Source of the DNA: a virus
Lineage: Duplodnaviria > Caudoviricetes
DNA length: 64,000 nucleotides
IMG/VR virus record: IMGVR_UViG_3300047476_002143
Coordinates: 455 to 64,454 of that record
Direction: 5' to 3' (one strand)
Positions 18,116 through 25,737 of this stretch are shown here, one piece after another. The first letter of the stretch is position 1. Each line of letters begins with the position of its first letter. Below the pieces are notes generated by a model that made no database searches, had not been told where the DNA came from, and worked only from the letters and a program-made list of their open reading frames with translations. Both the position numbers and the translations under genes were made by a program.

Positions 18116-18188
18116 GGGGTAGAAGCTCTAGTGGATGAGCACAAGATTTGCATTCTTGAGGTTGTGGATTCGAGTTCCACCTATTCCA
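18116..18188 (+). tRNA. tRNA-Ala(TGC)
   Basis: G3:U70 in the acceptor, CAAGA-TT-TGC-AT-TCTTG. Confidence 0.9.
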
Positions 18189-18227
18189 CAAGTATTTATT
18201 ACTAAATAAACTTGAAAAAAAAACAAA

Positions 18228-19151
18228 ATGAAAGTAAACTACAAATTGTTATCAGTTGTGTTCGGAGGGTTTCTAGTAGTATCCTTAGCTTACATCGTAT
18301 TCTTCACAAATAAATCTAACACAGTAATCAAAGAAAAGGAGATTCAATATGTTGAGGTTGTAAATTCTAAGACTGAACTCGAAATGGAGCATCAGTCCAC
18401 ATTGAAAAAATTAGGTGATGCCGAACTCAGAATCGATACTTTATCTGGACTGAATCTCAGTTCTAGTAAAGAAATCATGTCTCTCAAAAAGAAAGTTAAG
18501 TCTATACTTTATAAGTCGAATTTGACTAAAGAAGAGTTAACAACTGCAAAAGGATTGATTGTAGAACTTAATACTAAAATAGAGGACAGGATAAAAGAAA
18601 ATGAAATACTGAAGTCTAGTAATGTTAAATTGACTGAAGATAACACCAATCTCCAAATGGAGAAAAATCAATTGGTAAAAGTATTAGACTCCACAAAAGT
18701 AGAAAAAGAAAATGCAGACAATGTTATTGATTTGGGAAGTACTTTGTCAATTTCTAATCTAACGGTTGAAGGATTCAATATCAAAGGTAAAAAAACGGAT
18801 GTTGTTGAAAAAGTTCACAAGATGAAGTTTTCATTTGTTATAAACGAAAATAGAATTTCTTCAAATGGTGTAAAAACTGTTTATTTCATTCTTCTCAATC
18901 CTATTGGTAAGGAGGTTAAATTAGAAGGTAAATCAGGAATACTTAGTACCAAGAAAGATGGTGAAAAAATATATACATCAAGCTCATCTTTAGACTACAC
19001 AACAGGTTTAATCAAAAAGGCTAACTTCGAGGTAGAACTTTCTAAATTGTCTATGGATGGTATCTATAAAGTTCAAATATATGAGAATGGTTTCATGGTC
19101 GGTGAAAGCAAGGTTTTCTTTAAAAAGAAAAAATTACTCGGATTATTTTAA
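18228..19151 (+). CDS. Membrane-anchored coiled-coil protein with a C-terminal beta domain (Bacteroidota-like)
   Basis: N-terminal transmembrane helix, long coiled coil, Ig-like end (G.YKVQIYENG..VG). Confidence 0.7.
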   Translation: MKVNYKLLSVVFGGFLVVSLAYIVFFTNKSNTVIKEKEIQYVEVVNSKTELEMEHQSTLKKLGDAELRIDTLSGLNLSSSKEIMSLKKKVKSILYKSNLTKEELTTAKGLIVELNTKIEDRIKENEILKSSNVKLTEDNTNLQMEKNQLVKVLDSTKVEKENADNVIDLGSTLSISNLTVEGFNIKGKKTDVVEKVHKMKFSFVINENRISSNGVKTVYFILLNPIGKEVKLEGKSGILSTKKDGEKIYTSSSSLDYTTGLIKKANFEVELSKLSMDGIYKVQIYENGFMVGESKVFFKKKKLLGLF

Positions 19152-19159
19152 AATCATAT

Positions 19160-19187
19160 AAAAACCCTCCTCGTGAGGGTTTTTTTT
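19160..19187 (+). terminator. Intrinsic terminator
   Basis: AAAACCCTC-CTCGT-GAGGGTTTTTTT. Confidence 0.8.
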
Positions 19188-19200
19188 ATTATATTTGCGT

Positions 19201-19554
19201 ATGGCTCATCCAAACATTCACGCAAAATCCTCAGCAAAAAAATTTGGTGGTAAACCCGAAGATTATATCCATTTACACGAGTGGATGGACGAAACAAAGG
19301 CATGGTTTGGTGATTCACTTCACCGAATGTTTAGACATCATAGTGAGGGTATATTCGAAATGGAAAAAAGATTTGGCACAGAGTTCAAAAACTCAGATGG
19401 TAAAACCGTTTATACAAGGTATGTTGGAGAACAACATGTTAAAGAGGATTGTTTCAACTATATACCATCAGCCAAAGAATGGGTCGAAAATATATCCAAA
19501 AATCAAAGACCACAATGGATGTTAAGAACTGTTAAACTCGAGTTTGAAGACTAA
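19201..19554 (+). CDS. DUF6915-like protein
   Basis: MAHP..HA.SS..KFGG..EDY..LH.W.DE.K...D..HR..RHHSEGIF, EQHVKED. Confidence 0.7.
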   Translation: MAHPNIHAKSSAKKFGGKPEDYIHLHEWMDETKAWFGDSLHRMFRHHSEGIFEMEKRFGTEFKNSDGKTVYTRYVGEQHVKEDCFNYIPSAKEWVENISKNQRPQWMLRTVKLEFED

Positions 19555-19571
19555 AAGTTATATTTATTGTT

Positions 19572-20291
19572 ATGGAAAATAATTTTATATCAGAAGAAGA
19601 TGAAGTAGTATTACGTAAGGTCGCAAAATACCTTAAATCATATAATATGAGACAAGGAGTAATTCAAATAGAAAATGATTACTACCGTAATCCTGAAGAT
19701 TTGATTCGTAATCTTTCTAACTTTAGTAACAATTGGAGTGTTGAAATTCCTGATTTCTTTAGACCTTATTTATCTGAAATCATTGAAAAAAGTTTAAAAA
19801 ACTTGGAAAGATTTGATATGGATAACATCAGCTATGACCACATAGATTTAGAAATAAGTTCGGATAGTAATACTTTATGGATAACAAGATATTATGGTTA
19901 TGAAGAACCTGGTGATTCTAATGGACTAACTTGGGGTGATGACACAGAGGATACCGAGTTAGTTACTCGACTTTTGAACGAAATAAAGGAGTCTGGCGCC
20001 GAACCAGATGACGATGGTATTTTGCAATTAGACTTTAATGGTTCAGGGGATAGCGGATACTTAGAGGGTCAATTTTCAATAGGAAGTGGTAGAGTTCCAG
20101 CACATATCGAAGACTGGTGTTACGAGGTGTTAGAAAATAATTTCGGAGGTTGGGAAATAAATGAGGGTTCACAGGGGTATTTTATATTCAATGTCAAAAA
20201 CAGGGTTATAGAACTCGAGATTACCATGAATCAAATGGTAGAAGAAAGTGACGAAATCCTTTCAGTTAATTTTGGAAAACCCAAAGAATAA
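19572..20291 (+). CDS. DUF6878-like protein
   Basis: F.GSGDSG and GWEINEGSQG motifs. Confidence 0.65.
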   Translation: MENNFISEEDEVVLRKVAKYLKSYNMRQGVIQIENDYYRNPEDLIRNLSNFSNNWSVEIPDFFRPYLSEIIEKSLKNLERFDMDNISYDHIDLEISSDSNTLWITRYYGYEEPGDSNGLTWGDDTEDTELVTRLLNEIKESGAEPDDDGILQLDFNGSGDSGYLEGQFSIGSGRVPAHIEDWCYEVLENNFGGWEINEGSQGYFIFNVKNRVIELEITMNQMVEESDEILSVNFGKPKE

Positions 20292-20356
20292 TCGTATATT
20301 TGTATGGTTCTTTGAAATATTGCCCCTGTGGTGGAATAGGCAGACACGCAGGACTT

Positions 20357-21104
20357 TAGGTAGACACTAAGTTTTTTTACTTCTTCTCTTCCGTTTTCAG
20401 TATTACTGAATATTTATAATAAAATAATATTATGAATAGAAAGTATACGAAAGAGGGTCTTCAGGAAATCGCAAATAAATGTTTTTCATTTAGACAAATG
20501 ATTCTTGAACTTAATCTTAAAGAAACTGGAGGTAATTACGTAAATATTCAAAAACGTTGTAAAGAATTTGAGGTCGACACAAATCATTTTTTTGGACCAG
20601 CATGGAATAAGTTAGGACATCCGTTGTTCAATAAAAAAAATGGAACTCCGATTGAAAATTTTTTTATTAAAGGTGAGAAAAAAATTGCATCATCCAAAAT
20701 AAAAAATAGAATTCTTAATAACAATTTAAGAGAATATAAGTGTGAAATTTGTGGATTAACCGAATGGCTGGGACGAAGACTTGTAATTGAGTTACACCAC
20801 ATCAACGGAGACCCAACAGATAATAGATTACAAAATCTTCAAATGTTGTGCCCAAATTGTCATTCACAAACTCATAACTATTGTAAAAAAGAAGAATTAA
20901 GAAAGATTAATGTTTAATACAGAGTGCTTGAATGGAAACGTTCAAAGTAGAACCCCGTAAATTCGGTGAACCCTTTAACATGGGAATACCGAGCGAAGCC
21001 CGAAAGGGAACGTGTAGAGACTAGACACGGGGCACCTTTAACATGGTGAAGGTATAGTCCAGACCACAAACATTTATGATGGTAGTGAAAACTATAGTGG
21101 TAAG
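20357..21104 (+). mobile_element. Group I intron in the tRNA-Leu anticodon
   Basis: P AAATTCGGTGAA, Q AATACCGAGC, R GTAGAGACTAG, S AAGGTATAGTCC; terminal G at 21104. Confidence 0.88.
20432..20917 (+). CDS. Intron-encoded HNH homing endonuclease
   Basis: KCEICG..EW...LELHHINGD..DNRLQNLQMLCPNCHSQT; TATTTATA upstream at about 20411. Confidence 0.9.
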   Translation: MNRKYTKEGLQEIANKCFSFRQMILELNLKETGGNYVNIQKRCKEFEVDTNHFFGPAWNKLGHPLFNKKNGTPIENFFIKGEKKIASSKIKNRILNNNLREYKCEICGLTEWLGRRLVIELHHINGDPTDNRLQNLQMLCPNCHSQTHNYCKKEELRKINV

Positions 21105-21166
21105 AAAATCCTGTTCGCAGAAAAAGCGAGTACGAGTTCGATTCTCGTTGGGGGCACATAAAAAAT

Positions 21167-21270
21167 ACACATCGCTCAGAAATGAGGACTGGACAGACGC
21201 TATGTATGAAGAAAACGACACACTACGATAAAGGTAGTGAAAAGACAGTTTAACAGTACAGACGATGTGT
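21167..21270 (+). ncRNA. Unassigned structured RNA between the two tRNA-Leu genes
   Basis: ACACATCG/CGATGTGT closing stem, CTCA-GAAA-TGAG and CACTAC/GTAGTG hairpins. Confidence 0.5.
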
Positions 21271-21275
21271 TAATT

Positions 21276-21356
21276 GCCCCGATGGTGGAATGGTAGACAC
21301 GGCAGTTTTAGGAACTGTTGTCGCAAGACATGTCGGTTCGAGTCCGACTTGGGGTA
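21276..21356 (+). tRNA. tRNA-Leu(TAG)
   Basis: GCAGT-TT-TAG-GA-ACTGT, long variable arm. Confidence 0.92.
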
Positions 21357-21357
21357 C

Positions 21358-21702
21358 ATGAAAAAGTTAATTTTATTTTTTTTATTTTCTTTCTTTTTTC
21401 TGTCATGTGAGAAAGAAAGTTTTGATGTTGTATTCTTAAACGTAGGTTACTGTCGAATTCCTAACGGTGTGGAACTGAAATTTATTGTCGACGAAACATT
21501 ATCGGTAAAGAAATATGTTATTGAATCGGCAAAAGACATGTCGAGAAATTATACCGAATTGGCTTCAATAGAAAGTAGAAAAACTCAAGGTCAACAACTG
21601 TATAGTTACAAATTGGGTATGAATCGTCCTCTCATATATAGAATCAAAGCGGTTCATACAAATAAAAAAATACAATTTTCAAAAGAGTTTTTACTTAATT
21701 AA
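21358..21702 (+). CDS. Putative lipoprotein
   Basis: MKKLILFFLFSFFFLSC lipobox; the true start lies after the tRNA. Confidence 0.7.
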   Translation: MKKLILFFLFSFFFLSCEKESFDVVFLNVGYCRIPNGVELKFIVDETLSVKKYVIESAKDMSRNYTELASIESRKTQGQQLYSYKLGMNRPLIYRIKAVHTNKKIQFSKEFLLN

Positions 21703-21738
21703 TAGTTTTTATATATTTGTTAGATAATTATATAGTAC

Positions 21739-21834
21739 ATGAACAACACATCAAAACATATCGTCATTAGTAAACAACAGTTTAGTTGTTGGTATTGTCA
21801 TATGCTTACCTGTAGTTCATCATTAGTTAGTTAA
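21739..21834 (+). CDS. Putative leader peptide 2 (MNNTSKHIVISKQQFSCWYCHMLTCSSSLVS)
   Basis: 31-codon ORF after a TATATTTG promoter (21712-19); CTGTAGTTC (21810-18) pairs with the terminator 5' arm. Confidence 0.75.
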   Translation: MNNTSKHIVISKQQFSCWYCHMLTCSSSLVS

Positions 21835-21857
21835 GTTCCTGAAGACTTATATACACG

Positions 21858-21891
21858 ACCCCGAACTACAGAAATGTATTCGGGGTTTTTT
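21858..21891 (+). terminator. Attenuator terminator before tRNA cluster 2
   Basis: ACCCCGAACTACA-GAAA-TGTATTCGGGGT plus T tract. Confidence 0.85.
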
Positions 21892-21898
21892 ATTTTTG

Positions 21899-21907
21899 GT
21901 TCTTTGA
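21899..21907 (+). promoter_or_regulatory. boxA-like antitermination motif GTTCTTTGA
   Basis: The same 9-mer lies upstream of the tRNA-Leu unit (20307) and of the tmRNA (42544-52, minus strand). Confidence 0.55.
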
Positions 21908-21931
21908 CATATTGGTTGTAAATTTGTAAAA

Positions 21932-22012
21932 CAAAACACGGGTGGCTCCCTTAATAGTTAAGGCTGACCTTAAGCATCTACCGAAAGGTATACAGGGGGC
22001 GAAAGTGTTTTG
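21932..22012 (+). ncRNA. Unassigned structured RNA of about 80 nt
   Basis: CAAAACAC/GTGTTTTG, GCTCCC/GGGGGC, TTAAGG/CCTTAA, TACC-GAAA-GGTA. Confidence 0.5.
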
Positions 22013-22018
22013 ATTGAT

Positions 22019-22089
22019 AGTCCTTTGGTGTAGCGGTAACACAGAAGTATTTGGAGCTTCTTTCCTTGGTTCGAATCCAAGAGGGACTA
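22019..22089 (+). tRNA. tRNA-Gln(TTG)
   Basis: GAAGT-AT-TTG-GA-GCTTC, AGTCCTT/AGGGACT acceptor. Confidence 0.88.
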
Positions 22090-22090
22090 C

Positions 22091-22215
22091 AAAGATATAC
22101 ACTGAAAAGTGTTGTTAGCAATTCGGAATAGTACGGAACGAGTAATAATTCTACAAACTCCTTCTGAGCGAAATCCTTAGGTTGTAGAGGCAGTGGAGCA
22201 ACACCACATATCTTT
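22091..22215 (+). ncRNA. Unassigned structured RNA of about 125 nt
   Basis: AAAGATAT/ATATCTTT, GTGTTGTT/AGCAACAC and CTACAA/TTGTAG nested stems. Confidence 0.45.
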
Positions 22216-22223
22216 TCAAAAAT

Positions 22224-22311
22224 AGTCAGGTGATGAAATGGTATTAAGGTGGAGGTATGACGCAGTAATGTAGTCCCAAAACAGTTACAGGTTCGAATCC
22301 TGTCCTGACTT
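22224..22311 (+). ncRNA. tRNA-like element without a canonical anticodon arm
   Basis: Perfect AGTCAGG/CCTGACT acceptor and ACAGG-TTCGAAT-CCTGT T arm, irregular middle. Confidence 0.65.
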
Positions 22312-22317
22312 CAATAT

Positions 22318-22392
22318 TGTCTCGTAGCTCAGTTGGTTGAGAGCGTTTGCCTGATACGCAAGAGGTCGTCGGTTCGAGTCCGACCGAGACAA
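22318..22392 (+). tRNA. tRNA-Ile(GAT)
   Basis: TTGC-CT-GAT-AC-GCAA, TGTCTCG/CGAGACA acceptor. Confidence 0.92.
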
Positions 22393-22408
22393 CTCAAAAT
22401 AACAACAA

Positions 22409-22762
22409 ATGAAAATACCTTCAATTAAAATTGCCGAATGGAAATTTTTCGGAAGACGTACTGTTGGCCTTACAATATTCCCATTCATTTTTATCAGGGA
22501 ATCATATGCGGATAAAATAAATGACGAAAAATTGAGTCAAATTATAAATCATGAGTCAATTCATATTATACAACAAAAAGAGTTACTCGTCATTATTTTT
22601 TACTTGTGGTATTTTTTGGAGTTTTCTATAAGATATCTGAAAACATTTAATTTTGACAAAGCTTACTACTCAATTTCCTTTGAAAAGGAGGCTTATGAAA
22701 ATGAAAAAAATTCGGAATACATAAAAAATAGAAAACTTTGGAGTTTTTTAAAATATCTTTAA
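22409..22762 (+). CDS. Bacteroidota-type small membrane protein with an HExxH motif
   Basis: GLTIFPFIF, INHESIH..QQKEL, AY..ISFE.EAY. Confidence 0.7.
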   Translation: MKIPSIKIAEWKFFGRRTVGLTIFPFIFIRESYADKINDEKLSQIINHESIHIIQQKELLVIIFYLWYFLEFSIRYLKTFNFDKAYYSISFEKEAYENEKNSEYIKNRKLWSFLKYL

Positions 22763-22769
22763 TTTGAAG

Positions 22770-22842
22770 GGTGACGTAGCTCAGTTGGTAGAGCACTTGC
22801 CTGAAGAGCAAGGTGTCGTCAGTTCGATTCTGACCGTTACCA
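22770..22842 (+). tRNA. tRNA-Phe(GAA)
   Basis: CTTGC-CT-GAA-GA-GCAAG. Confidence 0.92.
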
Positions 22843-22847
22843 CAGGA

Positions 22848-22950
22848 TGTTAAGTAGTGGATATGTAAGCGGGCTCAAGCTCGGTAAGTCGAAATGGGTT
22901 ATGATTCTCTTTACGAGACCACATTGTGGGTTCGAGCCCCACCTTAACAA
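22848..22950 (+). ncRNA. tRNA-like element with an expanded, rearranged core
   Basis: TGTTAAG/CTTAACA acceptor, GTGGG-TTCGAGC-CCCAC T arm, internal hairpins including TCTC-TTTAC-GAGA. Confidence 0.6.
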
Positions 22951-22955
22951 CAAAC

Positions 22956-23058
22956 AGTCGGACGGTGATTCGTTCTAAAGTAAGCCGTCTCCAAGCTTTT
23001 GGTAAAAGAGATGAACGCCTAATTCGAAAACTACTAAGTTCGAATCCTGTCCCGACTT
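22956..23058 (+). pseudogene. Degenerate tRNA-like element related to 22224-22311
   Basis: AGTCGG/CCGACT ends and a GTTCGAATCCTGTCC tail; T stem mismatched. Confidence 0.5.
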
Positions 23059-23074
23059 ATAAAAAAGATTTTTT

Positions 23075-23224
23075 ATGAAAGAAGAAATAGTTTGTCCTCA
23101 TTGTGGAGAAAAAGAAAACTTTCACTTCAATTACGACTACGCACAAACACACATGCCGATTATAAATGTATTGTGTAATGAATGTGGTGAATATTTTGAA
23201 ATGAAAGAACAACCGACCTCTTAG
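23075..23224 (+). CDS. Small zinc-ribbon protein (49 aa)
   Basis: CPHCG...CNECG; not in the ORF track; the 3' end overlaps the start of tRNA-Lys. Confidence 0.65.
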   Translation: MKEEIVCPHCGEKENFHFNYDYAQTHMPIINVLCNECGEYFEMKEQPTS

Positions 23225-23288
23225 CTCAGTTGGTTAGAGCACTTCACTTTTAATGAAGGAGTCCCGCGTTCGAGTCGCGGAGGGGTCA
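23215..23288 (+). tRNA. tRNA-Lys(TTT)
   Basis: CTTCA-CT-TTT-AA-TGAAG. Confidence 0.92.
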
Positions 23289-23358
23289 CAAAAAAATTTA
23301 AGAAGAAATTTGTTCTTCATAAGAAAAATGATTATGTTTTTCTTAAAATAAATTTTTT

Positions 23359-23772
23359 ATGAAAAAGGTAATCGTTCTTCTCATCTCATCAGTTCTTCTC
23401 TTTTCTTGTACTAAAGAAAACAAAACAATCCAATCCAAAAAAAGTAATGTCCTATTGAACGACTCTTTAATTTCTTCGAAAAATAAACAAACCATAAATG
23501 GTACAACTTTGGTTGCAGAATTTAATCCAAAAACAGGTCAGATTTTAATCGTTGAAGAAAAAAATACATCTCTCGACCTGATGGTTAGGTACCAATCGTA
23601 TAAGGGAAATAATTTAGTACTGAATAGTAATATTAATTATGGTAATTATATTTCTCCTTTTGTAGTACTTGGGTACCCATCTATTCCTAGAGGAATGAAA
23701 TATATGGTCAAAATCCAAGTCAAAACTATTTCAGGTGATTTTCAGTTTATTTTTCAGGGAAATAAGAAATAA
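23359..23772 (+). CDS. Putative lipoprotein
   Basis: MKKVIVLLISSVLLFSC lipobox. Confidence 0.7.
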   Translation: MKKVIVLLISSVLLFSCTKENKTIQSKKSNVLLNDSLISSKNKQTINGTTLVAEFNPKTGQILIVEEKNTSLDLMVRYQSYKGNNLVLNSNINYGNYISPFVVLGYPSIPRGMKYMVKIQVKTISGDFQFIFQGNKK

Positions 23773-23839
23773 TCCCTTATTTTTGTAAAACAAATTAAAA
23801 CCATGATATTTTATCATGGTTTTTTATTAAATTACGTAT

Positions 23840-24442
23840 ATGATAGACAATTTGGAGTTGATTAAACCATTATTAAATTTTGAAGACCAAGAAGATTTTT
23901 ATATGTTATACATCTTCAAAAGAAAAAAAGACCAACCTGAAGATGAAAGGGATAATCACCAATCGGTTAGGACAATTAAGAGTTATTGCGTTAGCAATCT
24001 TGAATACCTTGATAAAAGATACGATGAGATTAAACAATTGTGTGAAATTTTCAAAGCCAGAGCGTATATTCATGTTCAAAAACAAAACCACCGAGATGTT
24101 TCTTTGAGTATGATGGTGGAATTGGCCCAAAAAATACAATTTGGTGTTCATTACCAACAATATCTTTTTGATTCAGTCGTGGGTCAGTTGAAAACTCATG
24201 AAAAAAGATGGATTGTGGATTTGGATACTACTGATGAGAATGAAGTTGTAAGAATGACTAAGGTTATAAATGTCACAAGACCTGAAGGTGATAAAATTGA
24301 GGCGATTATCCCAACGAAGAATGGTTATCATTTTATTACAAAGAGATTTGATGTTGAGATGTTTAGAAATGTTTATCCACATATTGATATACAAAAGAAA
24401 AATCCAACTTTGTTATATCTACCAAAATCCTTATCTTTGTAA
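23840..24442 (+). CDS. Conserved phage protein with primase-polymerase-like motifs
   Basis: WIVDLD (DxD) and PTKNGYHFIT. Confidence 0.55.
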   Translation: MIDNLELIKPLLNFEDQEDFYMLYIFKRKKDQPEDERDNHQSVRTIKSYCVSNLEYLDKRYDEIKQLCEIFKARAYIHVQKQNHRDVSLSMMVELAQKIQFGVHYQQYLFDSVVGQLKTHEKRWIVDLDTTDENEVVRMTKVINVTRPEGDKIEAIIPTKNGYHFITKRFDVEMFRNVYPHIDIQKKNPTLLYLPKSLSL

Positions 24443-24443
24443 T

Positions 24444-24617
24444 ATGAAGGTGATGATTAAGAAAGATAGTACTGACATATGTCCATACCTTTACGAAGGT
24501 TCAGTACTACAAAACGTCAGAGAAACTAAGAAAAATTATATTGGTATTTTTTCTTCGTTTGCTGGTTCTTATGAAGTCAAAGTTCCAAAAACAAGAGCAA
24601 AAAAACTTGAAAAATGA
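24444..24617 (+). CDS. Hypothetical protein
   Basis: ATG just after a TATCTTTG motif (24432-39). Confidence 0.55.
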   Translation: MKVMIKKDSTDICPYLYEGSVLQNVRETKKNYIGIFSSFAGSYEVKVPKTRAKKLEK

Positions 24618-24847
24618 AAGCAATACTTGAATTCAATTTACCCGATGACCAACAAGACTTTCAACTCGCATCGAATGCTATGAAATTTTGGTCTGTTTTG
24701 TACGAATTGGACCAAGACCTCAGAACAAAAACTAAATATGCATCTGACGACTTACCACAAGACAAATATGATGCATATGAGGAAGTTAGAGATATGTTGC
24801 ATGAACTTATGAGAAATGAAAATATAAGTCTGGATATGGTCTCATAG
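24614..24847 (+). CDS. Conserved phage hypothetical protein
   Basis: MKAILEFNLPDD N-terminus common in phages. Confidence 0.7.
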   Translation: MKAILEFNLPDDQQDFQLASNAMKFWSVLYELDQDLRTKTKYASDDLPQDKYDAYEEVRDMLHELMRNENISLDMVS

Positions 24848-24855
24848 GTTTATAT

Positions 24856-24929
24856 GGTGGACGTAGCTCAGTTGGTAGAGCACTAGTTTGTGGCACTAGT
24901 TGTCGTGGGTTCGACTCCCATCGTTCACA
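24856..24929 (+). tRNA. tRNA-His(GTG)
   Basis: CTAGT-TT-GTG-GC-ACTAG, encoded G-1. Confidence 0.92.
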
Positions 24930-24936
24930 CAATAAT

Positions 24937-25010
24937 GGTCAGATACCCAAGTGGCTTAAGGGGAGGCTCTGCAAAAGCTTTATACGTCGGTTCGAATCCG
25001 ACTCTGACCT
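24937..25010 (+). tRNA. tRNA-Cys(GCA)
   Basis: AGGCT-CT-GCA-AA-AGCTT, U73. Confidence 0.92.
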
Positions 25011-25024
25011 CAAAAAAATTTATC

Positions 25025-25294
25025 ATGGAAGTATCGATGGATGGATTGAGAAAACGTTTGATTGGTGACTATAACTCACTTACAAAAAAGTTGAATAGGA
25101 ATATCAAAGACAAATCTCATGACCCTCAAATTATAATCGACCCTGATTATATTAGTAGGGAAATGGATGGTATCAGAAGTGCAATCATCACTTTGGCTTT
25201 CAGTTATATTGATGGCGTTGAAGGATTCGGAGTATTACCTGAGGATTTAGAGTTTGAAGTTTTTAATCCCGAAGATGATGAAGATGAAGAATAA
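25025..25294 (+). CDS. Hypothetical protein
   Basis: Start moved to the ATG after tRNA-Cys. Confidence 0.6.
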   Translation: MEVSMDGLRKRLIGDYNSLTKKLNRNIKDKSHDPQIIIDPDYISREMDGIRSAIITLAFSYIDGVEGFGVLPEDLEFEVFNPEDDEDEE

Positions 25295-25589
25295 GTTGTA
25301 TATTTGCAATGATAGTTTTGGTAGTAGAATAAACGCTGGTGATATTGTGGAATTGTGTATGGAGTGGGAAATGTCATCAACATGGACATCAAAAGTATAT
25401 TGGAATGTGTTAGATGGTGCATTTGTAGATGCTCACCCAGGGCGTGTGAAGTTGGGTTTGGCATTTCACAGAAACTTGAGAGAGTTTATAGATAGAGAAC
25501 CAATGAAAATTGAGAATGAGGATGGTGAGATTGAAGTTCTTAAAACATATTGTAAGAAAGTTAAAAATAAAAAAATACGTGTGTGGTGA
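25284..25589 (+). CDS. Hypothetical protein
   Basis: ORF overlapping the upstream stop; 3' end overlaps tRNA-Trp. Confidence 0.5.
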   Translation: MKNKLYICNDSFGSRINAGDIVELCMEWEMSSTWTSKVYWNVLDGAFVDAHPGRVKLGLAFHRNLREFIDREPMKIENEDGEIEVLKTYCKKVKNKKIRVW

Positions 25590-25647
25590 AACGGTATCAT
25601 GAATCTCTCCAAAAGATTTGTTTCTCGTTCGAATCGAGACACACGTG
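25577..25647 (+). tRNA. tRNA-Trp(CCA)
   Basis: ACGTGTG/CACACGT acceptor, AATCT-CT-CCA-AA-AGATT. Confidence 0.9.
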
Positions 25648-25648
25648 C

Positions 25649-25731
25649 ACATACATCACAATCAGTCAAGCCACATTTAGCTGTCAGTGTATGTAAGATG
25701 AGAGAAGGAGGTGGCTGGGACATTCTCTCAT
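25649..25731 (+). ncRNA. Two-hairpin RNA with a possible kissing-loop pseudoknot
   Basis: ACATACAT/GTGTATGT and ATGAGAGAA/TTCTCTCAT stems; complementary loop segments AGCCAC/GTGGCT. Confidence 0.55.
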
Positions 25732-25737
25732 AAAATT

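Larger units (their letters stand above)
20322..21156 (+). tRNA. tRNA-Leu(TAA), intron-containing (exons 20322-20356 and 21105-21156)
   Basis: Joined exons give CAGGA-CT-TAA-AA-TCCTG, a long variable arm and a GCCCCTG/TGGGGGC acceptor. Confidence 0.88.

Noticed and set aside
21167-21270. SAM-I riboswitch
   Set aside because: Only a partial GGACTGG resemblance; the other conserved junctions are missing and the position between tRNAs does not fit.
22848-22950. Canonical tRNA-Val(TAC) or an ochre suppressor
   Set aside because: A 5-bp stem with a 7-nt anticodon loop cannot be formed; kept only as a tRNA-like element.
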